In this document: positions 49,301 through 57,339 of the stretch, piece after piece
Layout: every line of letters begins with the position of its first letter
Numbering within the stretch: position 1 is the first letter of the stretch
DNA from: Cenarchaeum sp.
GTDB taxonomy: Archaea; Thermoproteota; Nitrososphaeria; Nitrososphaerales; Nitrosopumilaceae
Assembly (NCBI GenBank): GCA_965242695.1
Contig: CBDESU010000001.1
Coordinates: forward strand, 160,001 to 224,000
Length of the DNA stretch: 64,000 bases
Reading direction: 5' to 3'
Program-made: the position numbers and the translations under genes
Notes under the pieces: generated by a model
Databases searched by the model: none
What the model was told of the DNA's origin: nothing
Seen by the model: only the letters and a program-made list of their open reading frames with translations

Positions 49301-52300
49301 GCCCGACGGCGCGTTCGAAAGATCGTTCGGCCCGCTCGATGCATCGCACCGCTACACGGGGATCGCCGCCGCCCCCGGCGACGGCCGCATCGTCGTGGCC
49401 GACGCCAGCCTCCCAGGCGTGCGCATATTCGACCAGAACGGCACGCTCGCCGACTCGTTCGGAACGCCCGGCTCGCTGCCCGGGCAGTTTGGCGATCCCG
49501 TCGCCGTCGCCGTTGCATACGACGGCCGCATCGTCGTGGCCGACGCCGAGGCCCGTACCGTCAGCATCCTCGGCACCACTAGCGACACTTCCCTGCCGCG
49601 CGCCCTGTCCGTCTCGTCTGCCTCGCCCGACGGCGCGTACGGGGCGGGCTCTACCGTCGACGTGCGCGTCGAATTCTCAAAGCCCGTCGACGTCTCGCAC
49701 CCGCCGGGCCTTGAGAATGCGCCGTACATCCAGCTGGAGACGGGCGAGCGGGACGGCCGCGCGCTGTACAAGGGCGGGTCGGGCACGCGCACCCTCGTAT
49801 TCGAGTACACTGTAGAACAGGGCCACGTGTCGGCCGACCTGTCGTACGCGGGCACCGCCTCGCTCGTCCTGCCGCGCGACGATGTGGCCATCACGTACCC
49901 GAACTACGGCGGCGATGCCGACCTGGCCCTGCCCGTGCCGGGCTCGGCCGGCTCGCTGTCGGGCGGCAAGGCAATCCAAATCGAGGCGGCGCACGCCGTT
50001 CCGGCCGCGCCCCTGGATATCCACTACGAGCACGCCGGCGGGTTCTCGACTGCACTGGAAGGCGACTCCCACCGGCTGGCCCCGCGCGCGGTCGCAGCCG
50101 CCCCCGACGGCTCGATCCTGGCCCTGATGCGCGACCACCTCAGCACCGACGATCTTTCCGTGCGCGTATTCGGCCCCGACGGCGCCCTGTCGCGCCAGAT
50201 CGACCGCGCCGGCTTTTTCCCCGCGTCCTCGTTCATCGACCCGACCGGCATCGCCGTGGTCCCCGCCGACGGCCGCATCGCGATATCCGACGACGACCGC
50301 GGCAACGGCCGCATCCAGATGTACAACGCCGACGGCTCGTACAACGGGACGATCCCCGTCGAGGGCGCCCCGCAGGCGCTCGCCGCGGGCGGCCCGTCGG
50401 GCATTACAGTCGCCGCCTCCGCCGACGGCCGCGACGGCGGCGCCGATGCCATACGCGTGTTCCAAAACGGCACCCTTGCCGTCTCCATAACCGAGGCCGG
50501 CTCGTCGTCGGGCGTGCTGTCCGGCCCGATCTCGGTCGCAGTCGCACCCGACGGCCGCATCATTGCGCTTGAGCGGACGGGCGCCATCCACGTGTTCGCC
50601 CCCGACGGCGCGTTCGAAAGATCGTTCGGCCCGCTCGACGCATCGCACCGGTACACGGGAGTGGCCGCCGCCCAAGACGGCCGCATCGTCGTCTCCGATG
50701 CCGGCCTCCCAGGCATACGCGTGTTTTACCAGAACGGCACGCTTGCCGACTCGTTCGGTACGCCGGGCACCCTGCCAGGGCAGTTTTCCGATCCCGTCGC
50801 CGTCGCCGCTGCATACGGCGGCCGCATCGTCGTGGCCGACGCCGAGACCCGGACAGTCAGCCTGCTCGGGATGACGAGCGACACGTCCGTGCCGCGCGCC
50901 CTGTCGGTCTCGTCGATCTCGCCGAACGGCACGTACGGGGCGGGCTCTGCCGTCTACATGCGCGTCGAATTCTCAAAGCCCGTCGACGTCTCGCACCCTG
51001 CCGCCATCGGGAACGTTCCGTACATCCAGCTGGAGACCGGCGTACAAGACGGCCGCGCGGTCTACAAGAACGGATCGGGCTCGAGCATGCTCGTATTCGA
51101 GTATGCGGTGGAGCAGGGCCATGCGTCCGACGACCTGTCGTACAGGGGCATACCGCCGACCCCTTGGCCGTACAACTCCACCCACGCATGGGGCGATCAG
51201 AACGGGACTACGATCGTGAGATTCTACCCGTCCGTCGTGCTGCCGTCCGACTCGATATCCATCACGTACCCGAACTATGGCGGCCGCGCTGTCCTGACGC
51301 TCCCCGACCCGGGCTCGCCAGGCTCCCTGTCGCACTCGGCAGACATCGTGATCTACACTCCTCCCCCTGCGAACGGCACGGCAACGAACGGCACGGCAAC
51401 GAACGGCACGGCAACGAACGGCACGACGCCCGGCGGCACGACGACGGGAGGCACGACAACGAACGGCACGACACCGGGAGTCACGACGCCAGGAGTCACG
51501 ACGCCAGGAGTCACGACGCCCGGCGGCACGACGCCAGGAGTCACGACGCCCGGCGGCACGACGCAGGGCCCCGATCCGCTGCTTCGCGTGCTCGAGACCG
51601 ACGGCAACGGCACCGTAACGCGATTCGGCATTGCCGCCTCTGACCTGCCGTCCGCCTCCGTCGGCCCCGACCCGGAGTCGAACACTGTCACCTTCCCGTC
51701 ATCCCGCACCGTCGCCGTGAGGGCCACGTTCGCCGAGGTGTACATCCCGCCGAACACTACGGCCAGGATGGTCCCGGCCGACGGCCTGCTAAAGCTGTAC
51801 GTCTCCTCCGAGACGCCTGCCGAACGCGAGGTTGCACTCGCGCTCGGCCTGGGCGCCTCGGCTAGGCTGGCGATCGAGAGGGTCGTCGAGATAGGCGACA
51901 CCGAGACGCACATCCTGTTCGACACGCCGATCCGCATAGTCCTCAGCGGCCAGGCCGACCGCGCGGCGTTCTACGTCAACAACACGGACGGCGGCGTGCG
52001 CCCGATCGACGTGCAGTGCCTGGCCGACGACACGGCATCCGTCCATGCACAGCTCGACGGCGCGGGCGAGTGCCACATCGACTCGGGCGCCAACAAGGTA
52101 GTCCACACGTACCACCTGACCCTGTTCGGCGCGGCCAGGGAACTCCCGCCGCAGGCGCCCTCGAGGCCGGCCCCGGTCGTCGTCCAGCCGCCGCCCAGCA
52201 CGCCGCAGCCGGGGGTGTTCTTTGGCGGCGGAGGCGGCGGAGGCGGCGGAGGCGGAGGCGGAGGAGGCGGCGGAGGCGGCATTGGCCCCGCATCCGGCCC

Positions 52301-53342
52301 CGGCATCGCACTGTACGAGGCTGTTTGGGACTGCCGCGAGGGGACGATCCGTGTGACTGCAAGCGCCGGGGACGGACCGAGCATCAGCATCCTGTCGTCA
52401 GAGGGCACGACCGACATGGAAGAGGCCGACGGGCCGCACCCCGCGGGCCGCACGGTCTACGAGGCGCCCCTGCCCGACGACCCGATACTGTCGATCAGGG
52501 CCGTGCAGGCCGACGGGAGGGCCGTCTCGTCGGCATCCGAGATCGTGCGAACCGGCGGGCAGTGCGCCGGCAGGGCCGACTTTGGGGCGCAGGGCGCGCC
52601 TGGGGCCGCTGTGGCGCAGCCGCTTTCCGACGGGCTGCCCGCGGACGGCACGGCCGGCGATGCCGCCGCCGCCGGCGATGCGCCCGCGGACCGGCAGAGC
52701 CCGCCGCCGCCGGCCTCGGGCGATGCGCCCGCGGACCGGCAGAGCCCGCCGCCGGCCTTGGACGGGGCAGCCGGAGACGGCGATGCCCCTGCCGCCGGCG
52801 AGCCGGCCGCTGATCAGGTCCAGCCGCCGCCGGCTGCGGACGAGCCGGCCGAGGATGGTTCGCCGCCCGCGCCGCCGGACGGCTTGGATGAACGGGCAGC
52901 CGGTGCCGATCCAGAGCCGGCGGCAACAGGGGACGGCGGCGGCGGAGGCTGCCTGATCGCGACTGCCGCGTACGGGACGGAGCTCGCCCCGCAGGTGCAG
53001 CGCCTCCGCGAGATCCGCGACGGCACGCTCATGACGGCCGAGTCGGGCCGCGCATTCATGTCGGCGTTCGGCGCCGCATACTATGCATTCTCGCCGCATG
53101 TGGCCGACCTTGAGCGCGGGCATCCAGCGCTCCGCCACGCCGTCGCCGCCCTTGCCGCTCCCATGCTCCTTGCCCTCCAGGTCGTCGATGCGGCCGAGCC
53201 GGGATCGGAGCACGGCGTCGCCGCGTACGGAACGCTCGCGATCCTGCTCGTGGCCGGCATGTACGTTGCGGCGCCGGCGGCCGGCGCGTGGTATGCCGTC
53301 CGCCTCGGCCGCCGGTCCCGCTCCGCCCTGCACTCGCACTGA
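43323..53342 (+). CDS. Giant surface protein (3339 aa): six NHL beta-propeller + Ig-like modules, low-complexity stalk and CFI-box-CTERM anchor
   Basis: Six ~425-aa modules starting HYE(F/L/Y/H)xGxF with NHL motifs (FGTxGxxPGQFxxPxxVA..DGRIVVAD) and a SPNGTYGAG..YKGGSGT..FEYTV domain; NGTAT and TTPG repeats; Gly19; GGGCLIATAAYGTELAPQVQRLREIRD followed by a TM helix. TATA box at ~43291. Confidence 0.9.
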   Translation: MRAGGWLLTASLAAVSVAAGGAALDGADWQDLDGVAAQPAAWLGMPLIAPAHAQSADSAHYEFVGRFGTDLDGDSRASSLKGVAVDPDGLILVLVHDPQTSNRTVRAFNPDGTLSHLINLPQFVSVSIDTPTGIAFAPGLPPDPPRIAISDNKRNDGRIQLYSTSGSWARTIPGVDGPRAVAADSSGRIIAAAAGDNSVRAYYHNETLALNITEAGSPPAALASPISVAAVPDGRIVVLEQAGRMHVFHHNGTFERSFGPLNSSHTYTAVSAAPYGRIAVADSSLPGIRILGLDGSSAGSFGTRGSQQGQFANPVALAMSPNGTIVVADADHDAVSILRATNDTSAPRALSVSSISPNGTYGAGSTVDVRVEFSKPVDVSHPPGHEYAPYVQLETGERDGRALYKGGSGTSALVFEYTVEQGHESADLSYMNATSLILPHPDATITYPNYGGDAVLALPVPGERDSLSSGHDILVAGGPGAAAAPTSVHYELAGRFSAALGDDTPRSAPRAAAAASDGSILVLVTDTHSSDRSVRAFHPNGTLSREIEPTSFPASSFVEPTGIAVSSAPPGRIAISDDDRNNGRIQLYNADGSYNNTIAGVDGPKAVAAGPAGRIAAVSAAGDAASVQVFHSDRTPALSITAAGSSSGMLADPRAVAFDHGGRIVVLERSGAIQMFSPDGAFERSFGPLDASHRYTGIAADHDGRIVVSDASLPGIRAFYPNGTHAGSFGTRGTMQGQFENPVALAAAPGGRIAVVDADHKAVTVLRASGDTSAPRALSASSISPNGTYGAGSTVDVRVEFSKPVDVSHPPGHEYAPYVQLETGDADGRALYKGGSGTNTLLFEYTVERGHESADLSYRNDASLVLPHPDAAITYPNYGGNAVLVLPDPGERDSLSHGHDIRVAGGHAAAAAPPSVHYELAGRFSTALGGDNHRLAPRAAAAAPDGSILALMRDDLSTDGLSVRIFDPNGTLSHQIIRGDFTTASSFIKPTGIAVSSADGRIMISDDDRNNGRIQLYNADGSYNNTIAGVGSPKAVAAGPSGRIVAAAGDTVRVFDENRTLISSIAEAGSSSGKLSGPISVASFPDGRIVALERSGTIQVFGPDGAFERSFGPLDASHRYTGVAASTDGRILVSDSSLPGIRMLGLDGTHAGSFGTRGDLPGQFENPVAVASDPDGRIVVADAANNAVSILGATNDTSLPRALSVSSVSPDGAYGAGSTVDVRVEFSKPVDVSHPPGHEYAPYVQLETGERDGRALYKGGSGTRNLVFEYTVEQGHVSADLSYADGASIVLPNSNAAITYPHYGGNADLALPVPGSAGSLSGGKAIQIEAARAVPAAPLELHYEYAGGFSTALEGDSHRLAPRAVAAAPDGSILALMRDSHGTEGLSVRIFGPDGTLSRQITRGDLFPASSFIDPTGIAVAPDGRILVSDGDGRIQMYNADGSYSGTIPVAGIPQAVAAGAPGTTAVAVSTPGGGGAIRVFDANGTLIFSTTDAGSSSGMLEALRAVAAAPDGRIIALERTGTVHIFSPDGAFERSFGPLDASHRYTGIAAAPGDGRIVVADASLPGVRIFDPNGMPVDSFGTPGSLPGQFGDPVAVAAAYDGRIVVADAAARTVSLLGTTSDTGVPRALSVSSVSPNGTYGAGSAVDVRVEFSKPVDVSHPPGHEYAPYVQLETGERDGRALYKGGSGTRTLVFEYAVEQGHVSADLSYAGTASLVLPNSNATITYPNYGGNAALALPPPGSPGSLSGGHDIRVAGISAVAAAPPNRHYEYAGGFSAALEGDSHRLAPRAVAAAPDGSILALMRDSHGTEGLSVRIFDPNGTLSRQIDRAGFFPASSFIDPTGIAAAPDGRILVSDNDCGDRGSGRIQMYNADGSYNGTIHAAGGPRAVAVGGPFGAIAAAVAAPDGGRTSGSLAEGACVWDAQGAAGNARLSIYGGSAGNLVRVFINGTHALDITEVGSSSGLPNGTRAVAVAPDGRIIALERTGTVHIFSPDGAFERSFGPLDASHRYTGIAAAPGDGRIVVADASLPGVRIFDQNGTLADSFGTPGSLPGQFGDPVAVAVAYDGRIVVADAEARTVSILGTTSDTSLPRALSVSSASPDGAYGAGSTVDVRVEFSKPVDVSHPPGLENAPYIQLETGERDGRALYKGGSGTRTLVFEYTVEQGHVSADLSYAGTASLVLPRDDVAITYPNYGGDADLALPVPGSAGSLSGGKAIQIEAAHAVPAAPLDIHYEHAGGFSTALEGDSHRLAPRAVAAAPDGSILALMRDHLSTDDLSVRVFGPDGALSRQIDRAGFFPASSFIDPTGIAVVPADGRIAISDDDRGNGRIQMYNADGSYNGTIPVEGAPQALAAGGPSGITVAASADGRDGGADAIRVFQNGTLAVSITEAGSSSGVLSGPISVAVAPDGRIIALERTGAIHVFAPDGAFERSFGPLDASHRYTGVAAAQDGRIVVSDAGLPGIRVFYQNGTLADSFGTPGTLPGQFSDPVAVAAAYGGRIVVADAETRTVSLLGMTSDTSVPRALSVSSISPNGTYGAGSAVYMRVEFSKPVDVSHPAAIGNVPYIQLETGVQDGRAVYKNGSGSSMLVFEYAVEQGHASDDLSYRGIPPTPWPYNSTHAWGDQNGTTIVRFYPSVVLPSDSISITYPNYGGRAVLTLPDPGSPGSLSHSADIVIYTPPPANGTATNGTATNGTATNGTTPGGTTTGGTTTNGTTPGVTTPGVTTPGVTTPGGTTPGVTTPGGTTQGPDPLLRVLETDGNGTVTRFGIAASDLPSASVGPDPESNTVTFPSSRTVAVRATFAEVYIPPNTTARMVPADGLLKLYVSSETPAEREVALALGLGASARLAIERVVEIGDTETHILFDTPIRIVLSGQADRAAFYVNNTDGGVRPIDVQCLADDTASVHAQLDGAGECHIDSGANKVVHTYHLTLFGAARELPPQAPSRPAPVVVQPPPSTPQPGVFFGGGGGGGGGGGGGGGGGGGIGPASGPGIALYEAVWDCREGTIRVTASAGDGPSISILSSEGTTDMEEADGPHPAGRTVYEAPLPDDPILSIRAVQADGRAVSSASEIVRTGGQCAGRADFGAQGAPGAAVAQPLSDGLPADGTAGDAAAAGDAPADRQSPPPPASGDAPADRQSPPPALDGAAGDGDAPAAGEPAADQVQPPPAADEPAEDGSPPAPPDGLDERAAGADPEPAATGDGGGGGCLIATAAYGTELAPQVQRLREIRDGTLMTAESGRAFMSAFGAAYYAFSPHVADLERGHPALRHAVAALAAPMLLALQVVDAAEPGSEHGVAAYGTLAILLVAGMYVAAPAAGAWYAVRLGRRSRSALHSH

Positions 53343-53469
53343 TGCCGCGGCTGCATCGACTGCGGCCGACTGGCCGGCGTCCGCGCGCCGCCGGGATGTC
53401 CGATGAGGGATGCAGGCCGCAGCTGCTCCGCCGGGCGGCCGCACATTCGTGCATCCTGGGACGGCCATG

Positions 53470-53514
53470 CCCGCACCCGCACCCGCACCCGCACCCGCAC
53501 CCGCACCCGCACCC
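53470..53514. repeat. Intergenic hexanucleotide microsatellite (CCCGCA)x7.5
   Basis: Read directly. Confidence 0.9.
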
Positions 53515-54540
53515 TCGCTCATCTCGCTCCGCCGCCGCATTGCCCGAGGACCGATCGCCAGCCACACCAGCGCGTCCTGCCGCCGATTCCCGCCCCGCGT
53601 CCTGCCGAGGGCCTGCTCGGCCGCGGAATCTGCCCGATCTGCAATCTTGGCCTCGGCAAAGATGCGATCATAGGGCCACCGCCGTTTATGGGGAAAGTGA
53701 CAATTCGGCTAAGATATAAGCAATGCCGGCGCCGACTTGTCGAATGAGGCAAGTCGACATTAGGCGGCAGGACGGGCCTGGCATCGTGAGCGCCGCAGAG
53801 GCCCTTCGCTTCCGCCGCGAGTTCAAGAATCTCAAGGAGGCGGCCGGCATGCCGTCGTACGATCCAGAGAACAGGGATGCGATCCGAAGGGGGTTTTTTG
53901 GGGACTTCTACAACACGCCCCTGGATGCGATTGACAAATCAAGGAAAGTGCGCCGCCGCGCCGGCCAGATCTCCGCCGACGAGTCGTTGTCCAAGGCCAG
54001 GGAATTGCTAGGGCGCTTCCAGGACAAGCGCAGGCGCAGGCTGCTAGTCCTCGTAGGTCACAGGCCTATGGACAGGGAGGTCGCACGTGAAGTGGACAGG
54101 ATGCTGCTGCAAATGGGCTATGTTGGGAGCCTGGACGTCGTGCTGGACTCGGGCGGGGGAGACCTGGATGCGGCCTACAAGGCGCTCAAAATAATAAAGT
54201 CGCGCGCGAAGAACACTACCGTCATCGTCCCGTTCCGCGCAAGCGGCGCCGCCGCGCTGATTGCGCTGGGCGGAGACAGCTTGGCCCTTTGCAGGGGCGG
54301 GGATCTTGGGCCCGTGGATCCGCAGGTGCTGGACACCGGCACGGGCCACTACGCTGCGGCCGGCACGATAAAAGAATCTGTGGGCTTTTTGGAGGGCCTG
54401 ACCGATCAAGCCGTCAAGGCCATCATGACGGACAAAATCCCGACGCTGATGCTGGGGGCGTACTCGGCATCGACCAAGGCGTCCCGGCAGTATCTGGAAG
54501 AGGTGCTCGCGGATCGCGACACCCCCTGCGCAAGTTCACT

Positions 54541-55893
54541 GAGGCGCATGGTTAATTCACGGCTAACTTTAACCGTATTGTGCAGGGATATCGGCTGATT
54601 TGTTAAAGACGGTGCAAATTAGTAGAAAAACGTACAGGGCATGCCCCTCAGAGGCATGAGTTATAAGACCCTCCTAGGCCTCGCCGCCCAATGGTGTGGC
54701 CAAAGGTCATACGGTTGGTAGTCGACGGGCAACTAGAGGCCCTGACCCCGGAAATGTTGAAGGATATAGAACAATTTTTGTCGCTCACATCACTGACGCC
54801 GGAAGAGTTCCTGGAATTGTACAAAAGGGTGATGGAGTATGCGTGCAGAATGGGATACCGTCGCTATTCGCGATCGGCCAAGAGTAACAACTGGGGGGCT
54901 GGACGCCCTCACAAATGCCCGCTGATCGACAGGCTGACCATGGCACTCATGGTGCTCAAGGGAATAAAGACACAAGTCGTGGCACTATCATTTCGTGTCA
55001 AGCACGACACTGTCCAGGCCGCGTTTGACGAGATTATGGACATACTCAAGAACTGCATCGACACACCCAAGCGCGTAGTTGCGCGGCTGCTGCACCAGGG
55101 GGCCAACGCCAGCCTCCTCGAGTTCATGCCGGGGCCAGATGTGGCTCTCGACGCGATGGTCGTGGGAACGACCCGCCCTCCTAGGGGCGCTGTTGGAAGG
55201 GCCTACTACAGGCGTAAAAAGGGGAACGGGTTGAACCTACAGGCGATCGTGGACACGGGAGGGTACGTCATCGACGTGTCGAAGTCCGTCCCTGCCGCCG
55301 CTCACGACATCGTCCTGTTCCGGAGCCACACGCGCAAAGCCCTGCTCCGGTACTTCAGGCACATTTTCTATGATCCTGGATATACCGGCGTGGGCGAGGT
55401 CCCGCCTGCCCGCATGGAAGTCGCAACTAAGAGGTTGCCCAACCGCAAGCTGGACCACTACGAGATTGTGAGAAACGAGTGGATAGGGGGTCAAAGGTAC
55501 GTAGTCGAGAGGAACAACTCGTTCATAAAGGCCTATGGATACACAAGACATCGGCACTGGTACGAATCGAACAAGCTAGACGACGTCGTGCAGGTGATCT
55601 GCGGGCTGATCAATTTCAGAACGGTGCGCCGTAAGAAGAAGCCCCTGAACTGGGGTCATGGTAACAGGGAGTTGCATTCTCCCGCGCCAAATCCCGAAGT
55701 TGTGCTCGAGTATTACCACAAGACCACATCCTGCCAGACAGTGTTCAACGCAATGGCGAGCCGGCAGGAGTGTCGATTCCAGATGTACTGACTATCCGGT
55801 AAACAATGGTGTTTATCCTGCTTCGAGGCATAAAACGACACTGTTCGACCGCACTATCCGGTAGAAGTTAGCCGTGAATTAACCGTAAGCCTC
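54541..55893 (+). mobile_element. IS5-family insertion sequence, 1353 bp, with 29-bp imperfect TIRs and a 3-bp TSD (ACT)
   Basis: Left GAGGCgcatGGTTAATTCACGGCTAACTT; right AAGTTAGCCGTGAATTAACCgtaaGCCTC; ACT at 54538-54540 and 55894-55896. Confidence 0.92.
54691..55791 (+). CDS. DDE transposase (DDE_Tnp_4 / IS5 superfamily)
   Basis: N-terminal HTH region; catalytic VALDAM, AHD, FYDPGY and RYVVERNN; YYRRKK..NLQAIVD. Lies inside the TIRs. Confidence 0.9.
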   Translation: MVWPKVIRLVVDGQLEALTPEMLKDIEQFLSLTSLTPEEFLELYKRVMEYACRMGYRRYSRSAKSNNWGAGRPHKCPLIDRLTMALMVLKGIKTQVVALSFRVKHDTVQAAFDEIMDILKNCIDTPKRVVARLLHQGANASLLEFMPGPDVALDAMVVGTTRPPRGAVGRAYYRRKKGNGLNLQAIVDTGGYVIDVSKSVPAAAHDIVLFRSHTRKALLRYFRHIFYDPGYTGVGEVPPARMEVATKRLPNRKLDHYEIVRNEWIGGQRYVVERNNSFIKAYGYTRHRHWYESNKLDDVVQVICGLINFRTVRRKKKPLNWGHGNRELHSPAPNPEVVLEYYHKTTSCQTVFNAMASRQECRFQMY

Positions 55894-56334
55894 ACTGGCA
55901 GGCATGCTCACTGAGGGGCACCTTCCGCACGGATACCCGATGGATGCCGAGTTTCTGAGGAAAAACGGCATCGACGTGTCGGTCATCGACGGCGAGGCCG
56001 AACTGATGGCCCATGATCTGCTGGATTGCTACGCGGAGGCGGAACGGACTGGCGACGGGGGCGGCGGTGCCGCCATAATTCATTCCGATGTGGGACATGC
56101 CGTGATCCGGGGCGGCGGTGCGGAGCGCAGGCTCTACAAGGGCGAGCCGAAAAGGCGGCCCTGACGACGGGGGGCTGTGCGGAGGGGTGGCGGGGCGCGG
56201 GTGTGTGTCCGCCGCTTGTGGCGGCTCCGCGGCCCTCCGCGCTCCTTTGCGGGGCAGAAGTGCGGAGTAGGCCCGAACATTTCTGCGTCCCGACCGCTCG
56301 ACGGCCCCTGCGCCCCGGCATCCGAGCGCCGCCC

Positions 56335-57102
56335 CTACAGCCCGCCGACGGCTCGAACGACCACTCTGCCGTCCTCGTACGCAATGTAGTTCTGCAGGAC
56401 GGTGTCGATGCAGTAGTGCTCGCTCCCGCCGGGACCCCTGCCTCCCCTCACGCCAGGGCCGCGCGTATGCCCGAATATCTGCCGGAGGCCCGGCACGTCC
56501 CTGAACTCTAGGTTGTAGTCGCACCATACGATCCCGCCGGACGCGTCCATGCCGCCCCTGGCATAGCCTGCCTGGAGGAACGCGTGGCGGTGCCCATTGT
56601 CGTTGATCCTGTCCAGGTCTGTCCTGGCCGCGCCGAGCACGCCGTCGACGTCGGACGCGGCCGCCCCGGGCCGCACGGACTCGAGGAACACCGACGACAG
56701 GCCCGCATGCGTGCACAGCCACGCGTCCCCTTCGTCCGCGCCGGCCATGCCGAGCCAGCAGAAGGGCTCGAGCCGCGCCCACTCGACGCCGCACCTTTCA
56801 ATGGCCGCGCGCTTGGGCTGGCTGTACCCCGAGCAGCCAAGCTCGGGCAGGCTCGACATGTAGTTGAGGTCGTGGTTGCCGACCATGTGAACCCTCGTGC
56901 GGTCGGCAAGCGAGCCTGCGAGCCATGCGGCCGTGGCCGCCGCGTCGTCCGGCGTGTCGTCAAGGCTGTCAAAGTAGTCGCCCAGGAATATGATGCGGTC
57001 GGGCGACTCTGCCGCCACGATCGCCTCTGCCTTCTTCCACTTGTTGTGCACGTCGGGTATGACTACCGCCTTCTCGCCTGGCCTGAGCTGCACGCTTGCC
57101 AT
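56335..57102 (-). CDS. Calcineurin-like metallophosphoesterase
   Basis: IPDVH, LGDYFD, VGNHD, THAG and QIFGHT motifs. Confidence 0.9.
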   Translation of the reverse strand: MASVQLRPGEKAVVIPDVHNKWKKAEAIVAAESPDRIIFLGDYFDSLDDTPDDAAATAAWLAGSLADRTRVHMVGNHDLNYMSSLPELGCSGYSQPKRAAIERCGVEWARLEPFCWLGMAGADEGDAWLCTHAGLSSVFLESVRPGAAASDVDGVLGAARTDLDRINDNGHRHAFLQAGYARGGMDASGGIVWCDYNLEFRDVPGLRQIFGHTRGPGVRGGRGPGGSEHYCIDTVLQNYIAYEDGRVVVRAVGGL

Positions 57103-57339
57103 GGCGCGCCCCGTGCCGGCTCCCCTATACCCGTTTCCCGTCCCCCTCCCCCGCGCCCCCCTCGTGGGTCGAGGCCGGCCGGCCGGGTGGCGCTCCTAGA
57201 ACGGATCGGGCACTTCGCCGGCGCGCCGCACGGCGTCCATTGCTTCAGGGACGGCAGGCATTGCAGCCGATCGACCACCGGCTGCGGTGCGGCGGAACGG
57301 GACAAAAGACATAAACGGAGCCTGTGCGGCCGCGGCGCG

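Larger units (their letters stand above)
53744..56164 (+). pseudogene. SDH-family Clp-fold serine protease gene interrupted by an IS element
   Basis: LDVVLDSGGG, VIVPFRASGAAALIAL and LGPVDPQ in the 5' part. Removing 54541-55896 rejoins in frame to ..CASSLAGMLTEGHLPHGYPMD.., ending at 56164. Confidence 0.85.

Noticed and set aside
43500-51350. Diversity-generating retroelement acting on repeated modules
   Set aside because: No reverse transcriptase in the window, and differences between repeats are not visibly adenine-specific.
56584-57339. N-terminal extension of the TPR ORF; likewise 59269-59529, 20881-21126 and 61745-61873
   Set aside because: They overlap other genes, repeats or promoters; downstream TTG/GTG starts fit TATA spacing or operon spacing better.
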